From an uncultured Gammaproteobacteria bacterium (GTDB lineage Bacteria > Patescibacteriota > Patescibacteriia > S139-126): a DNA stretch of 64,000 nt. Positions 38,793 through 50,153 of this stretch are shown piece by piece. Under the pieces are notes generated by a model. That model saw only the letters and a list, made by a program, of their open reading frames with translations, made no database searches and had not been told where the DNA came from. The position numbers were made by a program, and so were the translations under genes. The DNA is taken from positions 158,524 through 222,523 of the forward strand of contig CAZUKA010000001.1 in the NCBI GenBank assembly GCA_964620905.1. Reading direction: 5' to 3'. Positions within the stretch are counted from its first letter, which is position 1; every line of letters starts with the position of its first letter.

Positions 38793-39332
38793 CTAACGGT
38801 TTTGTTTAATAATATTCTCTACAGCCGCCCATTGTGATTGGGTATTCTTCGGTACTAACATTATTACTTGATCACCATTTTCACCTTTAAAATAAGTAAC
38901 TGGGGCAGATAATAATTTAAAAGTTGCTTTATCAGTACGACCATAGTGTTGTTTTTTTTCTTCATCCAAGTAAAGTTCTCCAACTAATCGTTCTCTTTCA
39001 ACTGGTCCGATTTGTTTAAAAACAAACGAACCGTTGGGCAAAATTGTAAGCTTCAACATATCACCTTCTACCAATTTTGATTTAGAAGCGTAATTTTGTG
39101 GAATCAAATATTCTTTACCATCGGGACCAACCATTTTATCTCCGGTAAAAACCCCCTCAATAATCTTGACATCTGCTTCAACTTTTTCTTTTCCTTGACT
39201 ACGGGCCAATATAACTGGATCAAGATTATCTTTTTCTATCTGACCGGAAATAACTTTCTTAGCTAGATCTACTTGCAGTTGAATATTGTTTAAGATGTGT
39301 TTTATTTCTTCAATTTTATTTTCGTTTTTCAT
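38793..39332 (-). CDS. Conserved hypothetical protein (CPR-type)
   Basis: IIEGVFTG..MVGPDGKEY.IP.NYASKSKLVEGD.LKLTI...FKQIGP; abuts the dnaX start with no gap. Confidence 0.75.
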   Translation of the reverse strand: MKNENKIEEIKHILNNIQLQVDLAKKVISGQIEKDNLDPVILARSQGKEKVEADVKIIEGVFTGDKMVGPDGKEYLIPQNYASKSKLVEGDMLKLTILPNGSFVFKQIGPVERERLVGELYLDEEKKQHYGRTDKATFKLLSAPVTYFKGENGDQVIMLVPKNTQSQWAAVENIIKQNR

Positions 39333-39363
39333 ATTTTTTGTTTAATATTTTAAATTTATTTTT

Positions 39364-41784
39364 TTAATATTTTTTTTTGGGTTTGCCATAATGCAATCTG
39401 GAAAAAGCAATTGATTTTTCCTTATTAATCTGTTCTCCGACTGGTTCACGTTGCGTATTAATATTAAAAGGTGTAACCGTAGTATTGTCAATAATCATCT
39501 TTAGATAGGCGTTAAACTTAGGAACATTTATGAGATCATATTGATCAAAAACCGGTTCAAACTGTTTTACTACAAAATCAGCATCTTCGGCTCCGATTCT
39601 AAAAGCAACAAATGTACCCACATTACCAAAAATTGCATCTCGAATTGAAGTGTCTCCCTGTTTAGTAAGTTGTCCTAAATATTGATTGGCTAAGATTAAA
39701 TTTAAACGATACTTTCTAGCCTCAGCTAAAATAACAGCTATACTCTCAGTAGTAAAATTTTGAAACTCGTCTATATACATATAAAAATCCTCACGTAATG
39801 ATTCAACTTGATTTGCTCGGCTCAGGGCGGCAATTAAAATTTTTCCTACCACAATCATCCCTAAAAGTTTACTATTAATATCACCAATTTTACCCTTACT
39901 TAGGTTGATAATTAAAATCTTCTTTTCGTCCATTACCTGCCTAAAATCAAAACTGCTTTGTTGGGAAGCTATTATTTGTCTCATTAAATCATTAGCAATA
40001 AATGGTGTTAGTTTACTTGTTATATAAGGTACCATATTAGCGAGTGCTGCTTCCCCACCAGCAGCTTGAGCTTCCTTTTGCCAAAAATCAATAACTGTGG
40101 GATTTTTGCATTTACTTAATTTCAATTTTCTAAATTGTTCATCTGCCAGGACTTTGGGGATTTCTAACAAAGTCATTCCCGAATCTGGGTCATCCATAAC
40201 CAAAAGCATAGCATTTCTCATATATTGCTCAAACATCGGCCCGCCAGTTGCTTTTAAATCATATAACTTATCAAAAATTGCGAGTAACTCGTTTACAACT
40301 AAGGTTTTTTGAAATTCATTAGAATATTCCAACATATTGATCGCCATAGGTCGGTCAGTATCAGCTGGATCAAAATAAATGACATCAGACCAGCGATGCT
40401 TGGGTATATTGCGTAAAATATCAGAAGCTAGTTCGCCATGTGGGTCAATTATACAACAGCCTGATCCTATAGCAATATCCTGAATGATCATGTTTTTCAT
40501 CATAGTTGATTTTCCAGTACCGGTTTGACCAATGATATACATGTGCCGACGGCGATCATCGGTTTTTAAACGAATTAAAACCTTTTCTCCCCGATATTCA
40601 CTCTCACCAATTACTATCCCCTCTGATGGCAAATTCACAGGTGGTGCATATTTTTTTGCTTCTAGCCAAGCAATGTTGGGAATATCGTTGTGACTATGAG
40701 GAAAGTGAAATACTGAGGCCAGTTCTTCAGTATTTAAAATTATTTTTCGTTTATTATCGAACCGTCGATAAATAAAATTTCTAATCAATTTAGAATGCCA
40801 GGTCAAAAAGGCTGATTGAAAACTATTACCATATTCATAAATACTATATTGAGAAAATGCCTGTAATATATCATTTAAATAAGCATTGGTTGTATCCTTA
40901 TCCTCGGTGGAGACAATCACCCGAAGGTTAGCCCCCAAGGCGGCTTTAGATAATTTCAATTCAATTGATTCAATAGTTTTTTGTTGTTGAGGGGTAAGTG
41001 AAACTGGTGTATTTGATTTATCTTTTTTATTTACGTCTTTGCTATATTTAAACCCTGAATATAGTAAAGAAAAAAATGAATTCACTGTTTTACTAAAAAT
41101 ATCATTATTTGCGGTGGTATTGACGTTTTCGTTTTTTTGTAATTTTTGCACCAACAACCTACCTTTCTGTCGCCAAGTACTACTGACTGGAATTAACAAT
41201 AGTTGGACAGCAGCACCCTCATTTTTCTTTAATTTAGACAAAGAATTTAAAATAGAATTTATCGGATCATTCTCCATTTGTGAATAAGTTTTGATGGGGA
41301 AAGCATTCAATTTTTTAAAGACAAAAAACCCGCCTGCTACCTGACTATAAGGTTTAAAAATATTATAATCTTCAACTTCATCAATTTGGGCAGTTGGATA
41401 TTGAGCATGAATTTGTTGAATTACAAACCTTTTAAGCTGTTTAGGAAGTGCAACAAAAAAATCTATTTTCTCATTGGCCGCCACTATTTCAAAACTAACA
41501 AATTTTTTGTGTGTACGAAAAATGATATCAATCCAAGAATTGCTTCTTAGTCCACCAATAGTGGCAAATAAACTTTCGGCTGAACCTAAAAGTTCTTTCC
41601 ATTTGATTTCCCCGCTTTTATTTTTGTCTAATTTAGGTAAACTTATTTTTAAAACTATAGTCTGAAAAACTAAACGGTAATAGTATTTTTTAAAAAAATA
41701 AATATATAAAACCACACCCACAACAATAAAAATTATTGGTAATAAAAATTTTAATAAATTAATAAAAAAATTTGTTGCAAACAT
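39364..41784 (-). CDS. VirD4/TraG/HerA-like membrane-anchored ATPase (type IV coupling protein-like)
   Basis: N-terminal TM; DRRRHMYIIGQTGTGKS (Walker A), IIDPHG, YIDEFQN (Walker B), EARKYRL, ANQY..QL, IFGNVGT. Confidence 0.88.
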   Translation of the reverse strand: MFATNFFINLLKFLLPIIFIVVGVVLYIYFFKKYYYRLVFQTIVLKISLPKLDKNKSGEIKWKELLGSAESLFATIGGLRSNSWIDIIFRTHKKFVSFEIVAANEKIDFFVALPKQLKRFVIQQIHAQYPTAQIDEVEDYNIFKPYSQVAGGFFVFKKLNAFPIKTYSQMENDPINSILNSLSKLKKNEGAAVQLLLIPVSSTWRQKGRLLVQKLQKNENVNTTANNDIFSKTVNSFFSLLYSGFKYSKDVNKKDKSNTPVSLTPQQQKTIESIELKLSKAALGANLRVIVSTEDKDTTNAYLNDILQAFSQYSIYEYGNSFQSAFLTWHSKLIRNFIYRRFDNKRKIILNTEELASVFHFPHSHNDIPNIAWLEAKKYAPPVNLPSEGIVIGESEYRGEKVLIRLKTDDRRRHMYIIGQTGTGKSTMMKNMIIQDIAIGSGCCIIDPHGELASDILRNIPKHRWSDVIYFDPADTDRPMAINMLEYSNEFQKTLVVNELLAIFDKLYDLKATGGPMFEQYMRNAMLLVMDDPDSGMTLLEIPKVLADEQFRKLKLSKCKNPTVIDFWQKEAQAAGGEAALANMVPYITSKLTPFIANDLMRQIIASQQSSFDFRQVMDEKKILIINLSKGKIGDINSKLLGMIVVGKILIAALSRANQVESLREDFYMYIDEFQNFTTESIAVILAEARKYRLNLILANQYLGQLTKQGDTSIRDAIFGNVGTFVAFRIGAEDADFVVKQFEPVFDQYDLINVPKFNAYLKMIIDNTTVTPFNINTQREPVGEQINKEKSIAFSRLHYGKPKKKY

Positions 41785-41786
41785 GA

Positions 41787-42281
41787 TTAATTATTATCCG
41801 ATTTTTTTTCTAAACTTATGATCTTATCTGTTTTAATTTTTACTTCTTGTTCCAAAAAAAATTTATTTATCCCCGGAACCAGCAACAACCAACCCCTTAT
41901 CAAATCTAAAATTTCATAAATTTTATATTTTACGCTATTAATCATTAGCGCGATTGTTTTTGCGGTTTTTTCACCTGTTGATCTAAACTCTATTTTTTTA
42001 GCAGGTTCTAAATTATTGTATAGATCATCAAGACCTGAGGCTAAAATACTCTCTACCTCTTTCTCCAAATAAGTCAAATGGTCAGTTTGGCTATTGACTG
42101 AATTTGTCAAAGTTGTTGCTAAAGTTTGTACTTTTTCTTCTTTATTTTTGACAGGTTTCTTAAGTATTGATTTTTCTAATAAAACATTTTCTTTAGTATT
42201 TTCTAAATTGGTCAATTTTTCAAATTGACTTACTTTTTCAATTATTTTGGTTGAATCGGGTTTTAGTGGTTTATTTTCCAT
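41787..42281 (-). CDS. Hypothetical protein
   Basis: Charged N-terminus, conserved-looking C-terminus (E.IL..GL..LY...WL..VPGINKFFLEQE.KIKTD); 2 nt upstream of the VirD4-like gene. Confidence 0.72.
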   Translation of the reverse strand: MENKPLKPDSTKIIEKVSQFEKLTNLENTKENVLLEKSILKKPVKNKEEKVQTLATTLTNSVNSQTDHLTYLEKEVESILASGLDDLYNNLEPAKKIEFRSTGEKTAKTIALMINSVKYKIYEILDLIRGWLLLVPGINKFFLEQEVKIKTDKIISLEKKSDNN

Positions 42282-42287
42282 AGTCTA

Positions 42288-42339
42288 ATTATATCAATAA
42301 CAACAGCTAATTAAAAGGTTTTATTTTTTGTGATATAAT
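42288..42339. promoter_or_regulatory. Divergent extended -10 promoters (leaderless type)
   Basis: Minus strand TGATATAAT 6 nt before ATG 42281; plus strand TGATATAAT (42331-42339) 7 nt before the corA ATG. Confidence 0.6.
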
Positions 42340-42346
42340 AAGGTAA

Positions 42347-43288
42347 ATGAATCAAATTGCTGAAAAAATTAAAAATGTCAAAAATTCCAACTTTACTTGG
42401 ATAAATATAGTAAACCCAGAAAATGAGGAAATAGACTACCTTAAGCAAACTTTCAATTTTCACCCACTTGATTTACGTGATTCGAATATAACCAAAAAGG
42501 CCCAACGTCCGCAATTGGCCGCCAGAGAAAATTATAGTTTCCTAATATTTCTTTTTCCAGTTTATGATCGTGACTTACGTAAAATATTGCCAGCTGAAGT
42601 TGATTTTTTTATTAGCGACCAATTTATAATAACTTTGCATGACAATAAGTTGTCCCCCTTAAAAGAACTATTTGATCAATGTTCTCAATACGAATATTAT
42701 CGGGATCTTTATATGGGCCTACACCCCTCATATTTTTTTTATATAATACTAGAAAAACTTTTGGAAAATTGTTTTCCTATGCTTGATCATATTGCTGATG
42801 ACAATCAAACTATTGAAGATAATATTTTTAAACATCGTGAAAAAGAAATGGTAAGAGAAATTTTAATTGTTAAACGTAATATTGTTAATTTCCGTTTTAT
42901 TATGCAATCACACCGTACAATAATTAAAAAGTTTATCGATTTAGAGAACAAATATTTACAAATGTCAAAACATTATATTTATTTTGAAAAATTATTAGTC
43001 CAAACTAAAGACATTTGGGAAATTTTAGCAGGACACAAAGAAACTATTGACGCTCTGCAAGAAACCAATGAATCTTCTATTTCATTTAGGATTAATGATG
43101 TAATGAAAACTTTAACTTTAATATCTGTAATTTTTTTACCACTTACTTTGATTAGTAGTATTTTTGGTATGAACTCGGGAAATATCCCTTTTAGCGATCA
43201 ACCGGCTGGTTTCTGGATGATTTTGGGTATTATGTCAATAATTTTTTTATTGATGATTGCTTTTTTCAAAAAAAAGAAATGGTTATGA
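42347..43288 (+). CDS. corA: CorA family Mg2+/Co2+ transporter
   Basis: FHPLDL.D, RP, N.VMKTLT, FLPLT...IFGMN signature, two C-terminal TMs, KKKWL. Confidence 0.93.
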   Translation: MNQIAEKIKNVKNSNFTWINIVNPENEEIDYLKQTFNFHPLDLRDSNITKKAQRPQLAARENYSFLIFLFPVYDRDLRKILPAEVDFFISDQFIITLHDNKLSPLKELFDQCSQYEYYRDLYMGLHPSYFFYIILEKLLENCFPMLDHIADDNQTIEDNIFKHREKEMVREILIVKRNIVNFRFIMQSHRTIIKKFIDLENKYLQMSKHYIYFEKLLVQTKDIWEILAGHKETIDALQETNESSISFRINDVMKTLTLISVIFLPLTLISSIFGMNSGNIPFSDQPAGFWMILGIMSIIFLLMIAFFKKKKWL

Positions 43289-43289
43289 T

Positions 43290-44705
43290 ATGACAGACTT
43301 AAAATTATATAATACACTATCAAGAAAAAAAGAAATATTTCGTCCTCTCAAAAGTCAAGTTGGTTTATATACTTGTGGTTTAACGGTTTATAATTTTGCT
43401 CACATTGGTAACTTACGTACCTATATTTTTGAAGATATTTTAAGAAGAACTTTGTTATTAAACGGTTTTAAAGTTTTACATGTACAAAATATAACTGATG
43501 TTGGTCATTTGACCAGTGACGCTGACGAGGGTGAAGACAAAATGGAAAAATCAGCCAAAGAACACGGTCAAAGTGCCTGGGAAATAGCTGAATTTTATAC
43601 ACGTGCCTTTAAACATGATCTGCAAAATTTAAATATTCTTTTGCCTGATATTTGGTGCAAAGCAACCGATCATATCAGTGAACAAATCACCGTAATAACA
43701 AAAATTGAACAAAATGGTTATACCTATAAAACAAATGATGGTATTTATTTTGATACAAGTAAGCTTAAAAATTATGGCTTATTGACTAAACAAACTGCTT
43801 CGTCGTTAAAAGCAGGACTGCGTGTTGCAATGGGGGAGAAAAAAAATTCCACTGATTTCGCCTTGTGGAAATTTTCATCACCTAATCAAAAAAGGCAAAT
43901 GGAGTGGGATTCACCTTGGGGAAAAGGTTTCCCTGGCTGGCACATAGAGTGTAGTGCCATGGCCAATCATTATTTAGGTGTGCCTTTTGATATTCATTGT
44001 GGTGGCATAGATCATATAGCTATACATCATAACAATGAAATAGCTCAAACTTATGCAGCCGAAAAAAAATTGATGGCTAATTTTTGGTTGCATTCTGAAT
44101 TTTTAAACATCAATCAAACAAAAATGGCTAAAAGCCAAGGAAATTTTTTTACATTAAAATCGATAATTGACCAAGGTTACTATCCCCTAGCTTATCGTTA
44201 TTTGGTTTTAAATACTCATTACCGTCAAAAAATAAACTTTACTTGGGAAGCACTCCAACAAGCCCAAAACGCTTTTTTAAAAATTTTAAATTTTCTTCTC
44301 CCTATTGAAAAAGAAGGTAAAATATTAAAATTATATCAAACAAAACTACTAGAATCCATAAATGACGATCTAAATACCCCTAAAGTTTTGGCATTATTAT
44401 GGGAATTAATAAAAACCAAAATTGACCAAAATGACATTGCGGCGACGATTTATTATTTTGATGGTCTACTGGGACTTAATCTAAAAAATATTTTAAACAA
44501 AATCAGAAAAAGATTACTACTCCCTCCCAATATTAAATTACTTGCCAAAAAAAGGGAGCTAGCGAGAAAACAAAAAGATTTTAAAACTTCTGACAATATC
44601 AGATTAGAAATAAATCAATTGGATTATTTAGTAATTGACACGCCAACCGGGCAAAAAATATATAAAAATATTACGGTTGAAGATTTGTTAAAAAATATTG
44701 ACTAA
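43290..44705 (+). CDS. cysS: Cysteinyl-tRNA synthetase
   Basis: [48 protein letters not shown]. Confidence 0.97.
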   Translation: MTDLKLYNTLSRKKEIFRPLKSQVGLYTCGLTVYNFAHIGNLRTYIFEDILRRTLLLNGFKVLHVQNITDVGHLTSDADEGEDKMEKSAKEHGQSAWEIAEFYTRAFKHDLQNLNILLPDIWCKATDHISEQITVITKIEQNGYTYKTNDGIYFDTSKLKNYGLLTKQTASSLKAGLRVAMGEKKNSTDFALWKFSSPNQKRQMEWDSPWGKGFPGWHIECSAMANHYLGVPFDIHCGGIDHIAIHHNNEIAQTYAAEKKLMANFWLHSEFLNINQTKMAKSQGNFFTLKSIIDQGYYPLAYRYLVLNTHYRQKINFTWEALQQAQNAFLKILNFLLPIEKEGKILKLYQTKLLESINDDLNTPKVLALLWELIKTKIDQNDIAATIYYFDGLLGLNLKNILNKIRKRLLLPPNIKLLAKKRELARKQKDFKTSDNIRLEINQLDYLVIDTPTGQKIYKNITVEDLLKNID

Positions 44706-46596
44706 AAATATCAAAAGCTATTGGAACAGCGCTAGTAGAACCCTCAATACCATTTTCTACTAAAATTACTAAAACTAACTCTGGTTCGGCAAAAGGAGCA
44801 AAACCAGCGAACCAAGCATGCGGTTGGTTTGTACCACCTACTTGTGCGGTTCCGGTTTTACCAGCTACTTCTATTGGTAAAAGTGATAAATACCTTGCTG
44901 ATCCAGCCGTAACAGTCGTGCGCAAAGCATTTTTGATTATATTTAAATTTTCTTCACCAATCAAGACTTTTTGCAAAATTTTCGGTTGGTTGATATTAAT
45001 CTCACCATTTGACTCATTTTTGAAACCATAAACAAACTGGGGTTGATAAAGAATACCCTTGTTTATCAAAGCTGTATAGGCATTAGCCAATTGTAATGGG
45101 GTCAATAAAATGTCCCCTTGCCCAATACTTATATTATATGTGTCACCAATATACCATGGCTCATTTTTTACTTTTTGTTTCCATTCGGGATCTGGAAAAA
45201 ATCCTGGTTTTTCAACAGGAAAATCTATTTGTGTTTTGGTGGCAAGACCAAAGTACTGGGCATACTGCTTTAAACGCACAATTCCTAAACCATTGAATTT
45301 ATCAAATCCACCACCAAGATAATAGAAAAATGTATTTACTGATTCGGCAATAGCTTTGTAAATGTTAGTTAAACCATGACCACCGGCTTTCCAATCGGGA
45401 AAAAACCACTGAGCTACCCTAATACCTCCTGTGCTTAATATAGTTGTTTGTCGATCGACAATTTTCTCTTGTAATGCAGCTGCGGCGTAAATTGGTTTGA
45501 TAGTAGAACCAGATGGATATTCGCCTTGAACAACACGAAAAAAAAGTGGATTGTTTTTATCTTGAAATATTTTATTAATTTCCGAAGCATAAAATCGCGG
45601 ATTGGTAAACAAGTTATTATCATAAGCAGGTAAACTTACTGCTGCCCGAATAGCTCCATTTCTAGGATCTAAAGCTACAACTACACCTTTGCTAAAATTA
45701 TTTTTGTCTAAGTTTTTTTGTAAACTATCATAAGCTATTGTTTGAAGTTTATAATCAAGATTTAAAACTAAACTGAGACCAGATATAGGTTTTTGTTCGC
45801 TAATTATTTTAATTTCTTCACCGGTGGCATTTACTTCAATTTTTTTCTGCCCATCAATACCTCGTAATTGTTCTTCATAAAATAATTCTAAACCGCTTTT
45901 ACCTAATTTGTCATTCAATAAATATTGACCGGATTGCACTTTTGACAAATCTTCGTCAGTAATATTACCTAAATAACCAAGTAAATGAGAACTTTTTTCT
46001 TTACTTGGATAAAAACGTTCATTGGTTTCTTGAACATGAAATCCTGACCAATCATTTATTACCACCATCAACTCTAAAGCTGTTTCATAGCTAAGATTAT
46101 CTGAAATGGTAATTGGTTGATCTGATAACTGCTTATATCTTAATAAGCTATCTTTAATAACTGTTTTTTCAAGTTCAACTTTTTTAGCCAATTCAGCAAT
46201 TTGTTCATCCACTAATGTAAAATTTACTTCATTAGGATATAAAACTAAGGCAAAACCTGGAACATTTTTTGCTAATATTTCCCCGGAAAAATCATAAATT
46301 AAACCCCGATTGGCCTTTAAGGTTTGGTTTTTTATCCGATTGCCTTCAGCTAGAGCAGTAAATAAACGACCCTGATAAACTTGTAAAAATGCGACTCTAA
46401 ACAAAATAGCAATAAAAAAAATTAATACAACAATTAAAATTAAAATAGATTTTTTTTGGTTGAAGATTAAACTGATAAACTGACTGTCACTGGTTAATCT
46501 TGACTGTTCACCAACGTAACTGCGACGATAAAAAGTATTAATCTTTTTATCTTTTATATTTTTATTATCTTCTAAAATGATAAAAGGATCATTCAT
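44671..46596 (-). CDS. mrdA: Penicillin-binding protein 2
   Basis: [20 protein letters not shown] (SxxK), SVN (SxN), GKTGTAQ; follows mreBCD. ATG at 46596 preferred over 46656. Confidence 0.93.
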   Translation of the reverse strand: MNDPFIILEDNKNIKDKKINTFYRRSYVGEQSRLTSDSQFISLIFNQKKSILILIVVLIFFIAILFRVAFLQVYQGRLFTALAEGNRIKNQTLKANRGLIYDFSGEILAKNVPGFALVLYPNEVNFTLVDEQIAELAKKVELEKTVIKDSLLRYKQLSDQPITISDNLSYETALELMVVINDWSGFHVQETNERFYPSKEKSSHLLGYLGNITDEDLSKVQSGQYLLNDKLGKSGLELFYEEQLRGIDGQKKIEVNATGEEIKIISEQKPISGLSLVLNLDYKLQTIAYDSLQKNLDKNNFSKGVVVALDPRNGAIRAAVSLPAYDNNLFTNPRFYASEINKIFQDKNNPLFFRVVQGEYPSGSTIKPIYAAAALQEKIVDRQTTILSTGGIRVAQWFFPDWKAGGHGLTNIYKAIAESVNTFFYYLGGGFDKFNGLGIVRLKQYAQYFGLATKTQIDFPVEKPGFFPDPEWKQKVKNEPWYIGDTYNISIGQGDILLTPLQLANAYTALINKGILYQPQFVYGFKNESNGEININQPKILQKVLIGEENLNIIKNALRTTVTAGSARYLSLLPIEVAGKTGTAQVGGTNQPHAWFAGFAPFAEPELVLVILVENGIEGSTSAVPIAFDIFSQYFLTNLQP

Positions 46597-47083
46597 ATCT
46601 TCGTAAAGTGAAAAAATTAAGTGACAATAATAAAATAAAAACAATAATAATTTCAATTCCCATGGTAAAAATGACTTTTTGTGCCAAAGACCATAAAGCT
46701 AGCAAACCAATATTAGCAGTTAAATAATAACTAATAATTTCTAAAAATTTAAAAATTACTAAACCTATAAATACTCCCAGGGTCAGCGACCAAAGGGAAC
46801 GGTTGGTAAATAAATAATATAAAGTTAAATAAGTGAAAGCACAGGCCACCGGATAAAAAAATAAGTATAAACCCCAGGGTTGAAAAGCATAAATACTAGC
46901 CAGTAAACCACCAAATAAAATCAAAAACCATAAATTTTTTTCATAAGCCAAAGCAATCCGTAATAAAATATACAAAAGCGGGATATTTAATAAAGCCAGT
47001 GCTGGCAACTGAGTAAAAAAAGTTATGTGACCTAACCAACAAATAATAAATATAAAAAAATCCAAAATCAATGTTTTATTCAT
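46589..47083 (-). CDS. mreD: MreD-like membrane protein
   Basis: 164 aa, five hydrophobic segments, between mreC and mrdA; assigned mainly by synteny. Confidence 0.65.
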   Translation of the reverse strand: MNKTLILDFFIFIICWLGHITFFTQLPALALLNIPLLYILLRIALAYEKNLWFLILFGGLLASIYAFQPWGLYLFFYPVACAFTYLTLYYLFTNRSLWSLTLGVFIGLVIFKFLEIISYYLTANIGLLALWSLAQKVIFTMGIEIIIVFILLLSLNFFTLRRYE

Positions 47084-47858
47084 ACGAAGGTACTAAAACA
47101 CCGACAAAAAAAACTTTTTGAAAATCTTCAGGAGAAATTATTGTACCTGATTGAAAAAAATCGTTTTCATTTTTATGAATTGCTGATATTTTTCCTATAA
47201 CCAATCCCCGCGGTATGTACTGATCGCGTCCAGAAGTAACTACCAAATCCCCCAGATTAAAATTTTCAGTTTGCCGTAAATAATTGATTCTAATACCCAA
47301 ATTTCTCACCCCAACGACGAGTCCCATAGTTTGTTCATCGTTTTGTATTTGGGCTGTGACTTTAAACAAAGCATTTTCCAAAAAAACAATTTGGCTAGTA
47401 TATTCGTCGCTACGATATACTTTACCAATCAATATACCGTCTGGAGAAATAACCGGCATACCAGGTAAAATACCTTGCTTATTACCTTTATTTATCAAAA
47501 AAATACTTTTATCAAGACCAGGTACAACACTAATTATCTCGGCGGTAATTTTTTTATATTCAGGGCTGATAGAATAATTTAATAAACTTCGTAATTCTTC
47601 GTTTTCTTTAACAAGTGATTGCAACAATGCATAATCAACCGATGTAATTTTTAAATCTTGACGTAAACTTTCCAGCTCAATTTTAAGTTGATCATCACTT
47701 TGAAAAATATCACTGATATAAATTCCAAATTTATACATCGGACTAGAAAGACCACCAACAACCTTCAACCAAAAAGAACGACTTAGAAAAAATACCAAAG
47801 CCAATATAAAAATAATGGCTACCAAATACCAATTTTTTTTACGCTTAATTGGTCTCAT
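47076..47858 (-). CDS. mreC: Rod shape-determining protein MreC
   Basis: TM, coiled coil with ENEELRSLL, INKG...G...GMPV, GDLVVTSG...P.GL.IG. Confidence 0.92.
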   Translation of the reverse strand: MRPIKRKKNWYLVAIIFILALVFFLSRSFWLKVVGGLSSPMYKFGIYISDIFQSDDQLKIELESLRQDLKITSVDYALLQSLVKENEELRSLLNYSISPEYKKITAEIISVVPGLDKSIFLINKGNKQGILPGMPVISPDGILIGKVYRSDEYTSQIVFLENALFKVTAQIQNDEQTMGLVVGVRNLGIRINYLRQTENFNLGDLVVTSGRDQYIPRGLVIGKISAIHKNENDFFQSGTIISPEDFQKVFFVGVLVPSYE

Positions 47859-48913
47859 TTATTTATATTTTGACCTTGGGTATCGTTGACTAAAACATCA
47901 CTCATTAATTTTTTATCTTCCAACAAAATACCCGTGCCTCGAACAACACAAGTTAGAGGGTCATCAGCGATAGTTACTGGCACTTGTGTTTCTCTAGCAA
48001 TAACACGATCAAGACCTTTGAGTAAGGCCCCGCCACCGGTCAAGGTTATCCCCCGTTCATAGACATCAGCCACCAGCTCAGGTGGTGTATTTTCAATTAC
48101 GGTTTTAATATTTTCTACCATTACCCGAATAGATCTAGTCAAAGCTTCCCGTACTTGCATATCAGAAATAGTTATTTCTTTAGGTAAGCCGGTGATCAAA
48201 TCTCGCCCTCGCACACGCATGTCTGTATGTTCTTCTAAGGGCATAGCTGAACCAATCTTTATTTTGATATCCTCGGCAGTCTTCTCGCCCAATAATAAAT
48301 TGAAGTTTTCCCGAACATAATTAATAATAGAACGATTTAGTTCATCACCAGCAAGTCTCATAGACTTCCAAGTGACAATGCCAGAAAGCGAAATTACTGC
48401 GATGTTAGTTGAACCACCACCAATATCGACTACTAAATTGGCCACGGATTCATGAACAGGAAGTCTAGCACCAATAGCTGCAGCCATTGGTTCTTCTACC
48501 AAATAAACACGACTAGCACCGGCTGATAAAGCCGCATCCTCAACTGCTTTTCTTTCTACTTCAGTGACTTCCAAAGGAATACCTATTACCACTACCGGCC
48601 TAGCTAAGAGTGAAAAACTTTCTTTATGAACTTTTTCAATAAAGTATTTCAACATTTTTTCAGTTACTTCAAAATCAGAAATCACTCCTTCAACCAGTGG
48701 CCTAATTGCTTGGATATGTTCCGGTGTTTTTCCCACCATTTTTTTTGCATCACCACCAACTGTTAAAATTTGATTGGTTCTCGTATTGACTGCCACGACC
48801 GATGGTTCATTTATTACAATACCTTTATCCTTAACATAAACCAAAGTACTGGAAGTGCCCAAATCAATTCCCATTTCTTTGGAAAATCTGGAAAAAACCT
48901 TGTTGCCGATCAT
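47855..48913 (-). CDS. mreB: Rod shape-determining protein MreB
   Basis: GIDLGT, NEPSVVA, EEPMAAAIGA, DIGGG, LTGGGALL, DPLTCV. Confidence 0.97.
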   Translation of the reverse strand: MIGNKVFSRFSKEMGIDLGTSSTLVYVKDKGIVINEPSVVAVNTRTNQILTVGGDAKKMVGKTPEHIQAIRPLVEGVISDFEVTEKMLKYFIEKVHKESFSLLARPVVVIGIPLEVTEVERKAVEDAALSAGASRVYLVEEPMAAAIGARLPVHESVANLVVDIGGGSTNIAVISLSGIVTWKSMRLAGDELNRSIINYVRENFNLLLGEKTAEDIKIKIGSAMPLEEHTDMRVRGRDLITGLPKEITISDMQVREALTRSIRVMVENIKTVIENTPPELVADVYERGITLTGGGALLKGLDRVIARETQVPVTIADDPLTCVVRGTGILLEDKKLMSDVLVNDTQGQNINK

Positions 48914-50145
48914 AAAGTAAAATAATTATTTAAAAATTTCATTAATTCTGTCTCAATCATAACCTCTGATTTTTTCATTTGACGAATCTTAACTTCCATC
49001 TTACTTCCCAATTTATCGCTGATTATAACTCTAATAGGTAAACCAATCAGATCTGAATCTTTAAATTTAACTCCGGCAGATTCTATACGATCATCATATA
49101 AAACTGACCAAAACTTATTTAACTTTTGATATAATTTTTCACCTAATTTTTGCGAAGTTAAATCAACTAAATGTATTTGATAAGGAGCCACTGACTTTGG
49201 CCAAATAATTCCATCCACATCACTAAAAACCTCAACCAAAGTTCCCATAATACGCGACGGTCCTATGCCATAACAACCCATAAATACAGGTTTTTCTGTA
49301 CCATCTTTAGCTGTATAAGTAAAATCAAAACTGTCACTAAAACGAGTATTTAATTTAAATATATTTCCTATTTCAATTGCTTTTTCCTCTTGTAAGTCTT
49401 TATTTCCACAATTAGGACAAGTTGTTTGTTCACCAATTAACTCTTTATTTACTGCCACTAAACATTTGTGACAAGTAAAGATAGTATCTTCACCGGTTTT
49501 AGGTGCAATTGTCTGATATTCATGAGAATATTTGGAAAAAGCCCCGCCCGATGCATAAGTCTCATAAGTAGTTTGGTTTATTTCCAACCTTGTCCAAATC
49601 TTACGATAAGCTTTTTTTACTTCTTCATAATAATCATTTAAGTCATTTTCATCAGTATGAAAAGAGTATAAATCTTTCATCAAAAATTCACGTCCACGTA
49701 GCAGCCCAGATTTGGCTCGGGCTTCATTTCTGAATTTGGTTTGAATCTGATAAACATATATCGGCAAATCTTTGTAGGAAAATACAACTTTCTGAATTAA
49801 AGGTGTCACTAACTCTTCGTGAGTCGGATTTAAAGTAAAATCTTTATTGCCATTACCTTTTAATTTAAATAAAACATCAAACCCTTCCCAACGGCCAGTT
49901 TTTTGCCACAACGAGGCTGGTGATAAAACTGGTAATAAAATTTCCTGTCCACCGATCGCATTCATTTCTTCACGAACAATCTGACTGATGTTATTTAAAA
50001 CTTTTAAACCCAAGGGTAAATAGTTATACACCCCGGCTGTTACTTTATCTATATAACCAGCTCTGATCAAAAGCTGAGCATTTAAACTTTCTTCATCTTT
50101 TGGTATTTCTTTAATTGATTTACCAACTAATTGTGATTGTTTCAT
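48910..50145 (-). CDS. proS: Prolyl-tRNA synthetase, short form without INS editing domain
   Basis: LLIRAGYI, PTHEE, QTKFRNE.R...GLLRGREF.MKD.YSF, IEIGNIF.L, MGCYGIG; 411 aa; CHKC...CPNC where the INS domain would be. Confidence 0.95.
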   Translation of the reverse strand: MKQSQLVGKSIKEIPKDEESLNAQLLIRAGYIDKVTAGVYNYLPLGLKVLNNISQIVREEMNAIGGQEILLPVLSPASLWQKTGRWEGFDVLFKLKGNGNKDFTLNPTHEELVTPLIQKVVFSYKDLPIYVYQIQTKFRNEARAKSGLLRGREFLMKDLYSFHTDENDLNDYYEEVKKAYRKIWTRLEINQTTYETYASGGAFSKYSHEYQTIAPKTGEDTIFTCHKCLVAVNKELIGEQTTCPNCGNKDLQEEKAIEIGNIFKLNTRFSDSFDFTYTAKDGTEKPVFMGCYGIGPSRIMGTLVEVFSDVDGIIWPKSVAPYQIHLVDLTSQKLGEKLYQKLNKFWSVLYDDRIESAGVKFKDSDLIGLPIRVIISDKLGSKMEVKIRQMKKSEVMIETELMKFLNNYFTL

Positions 50146-50153
50146 AATATAAT

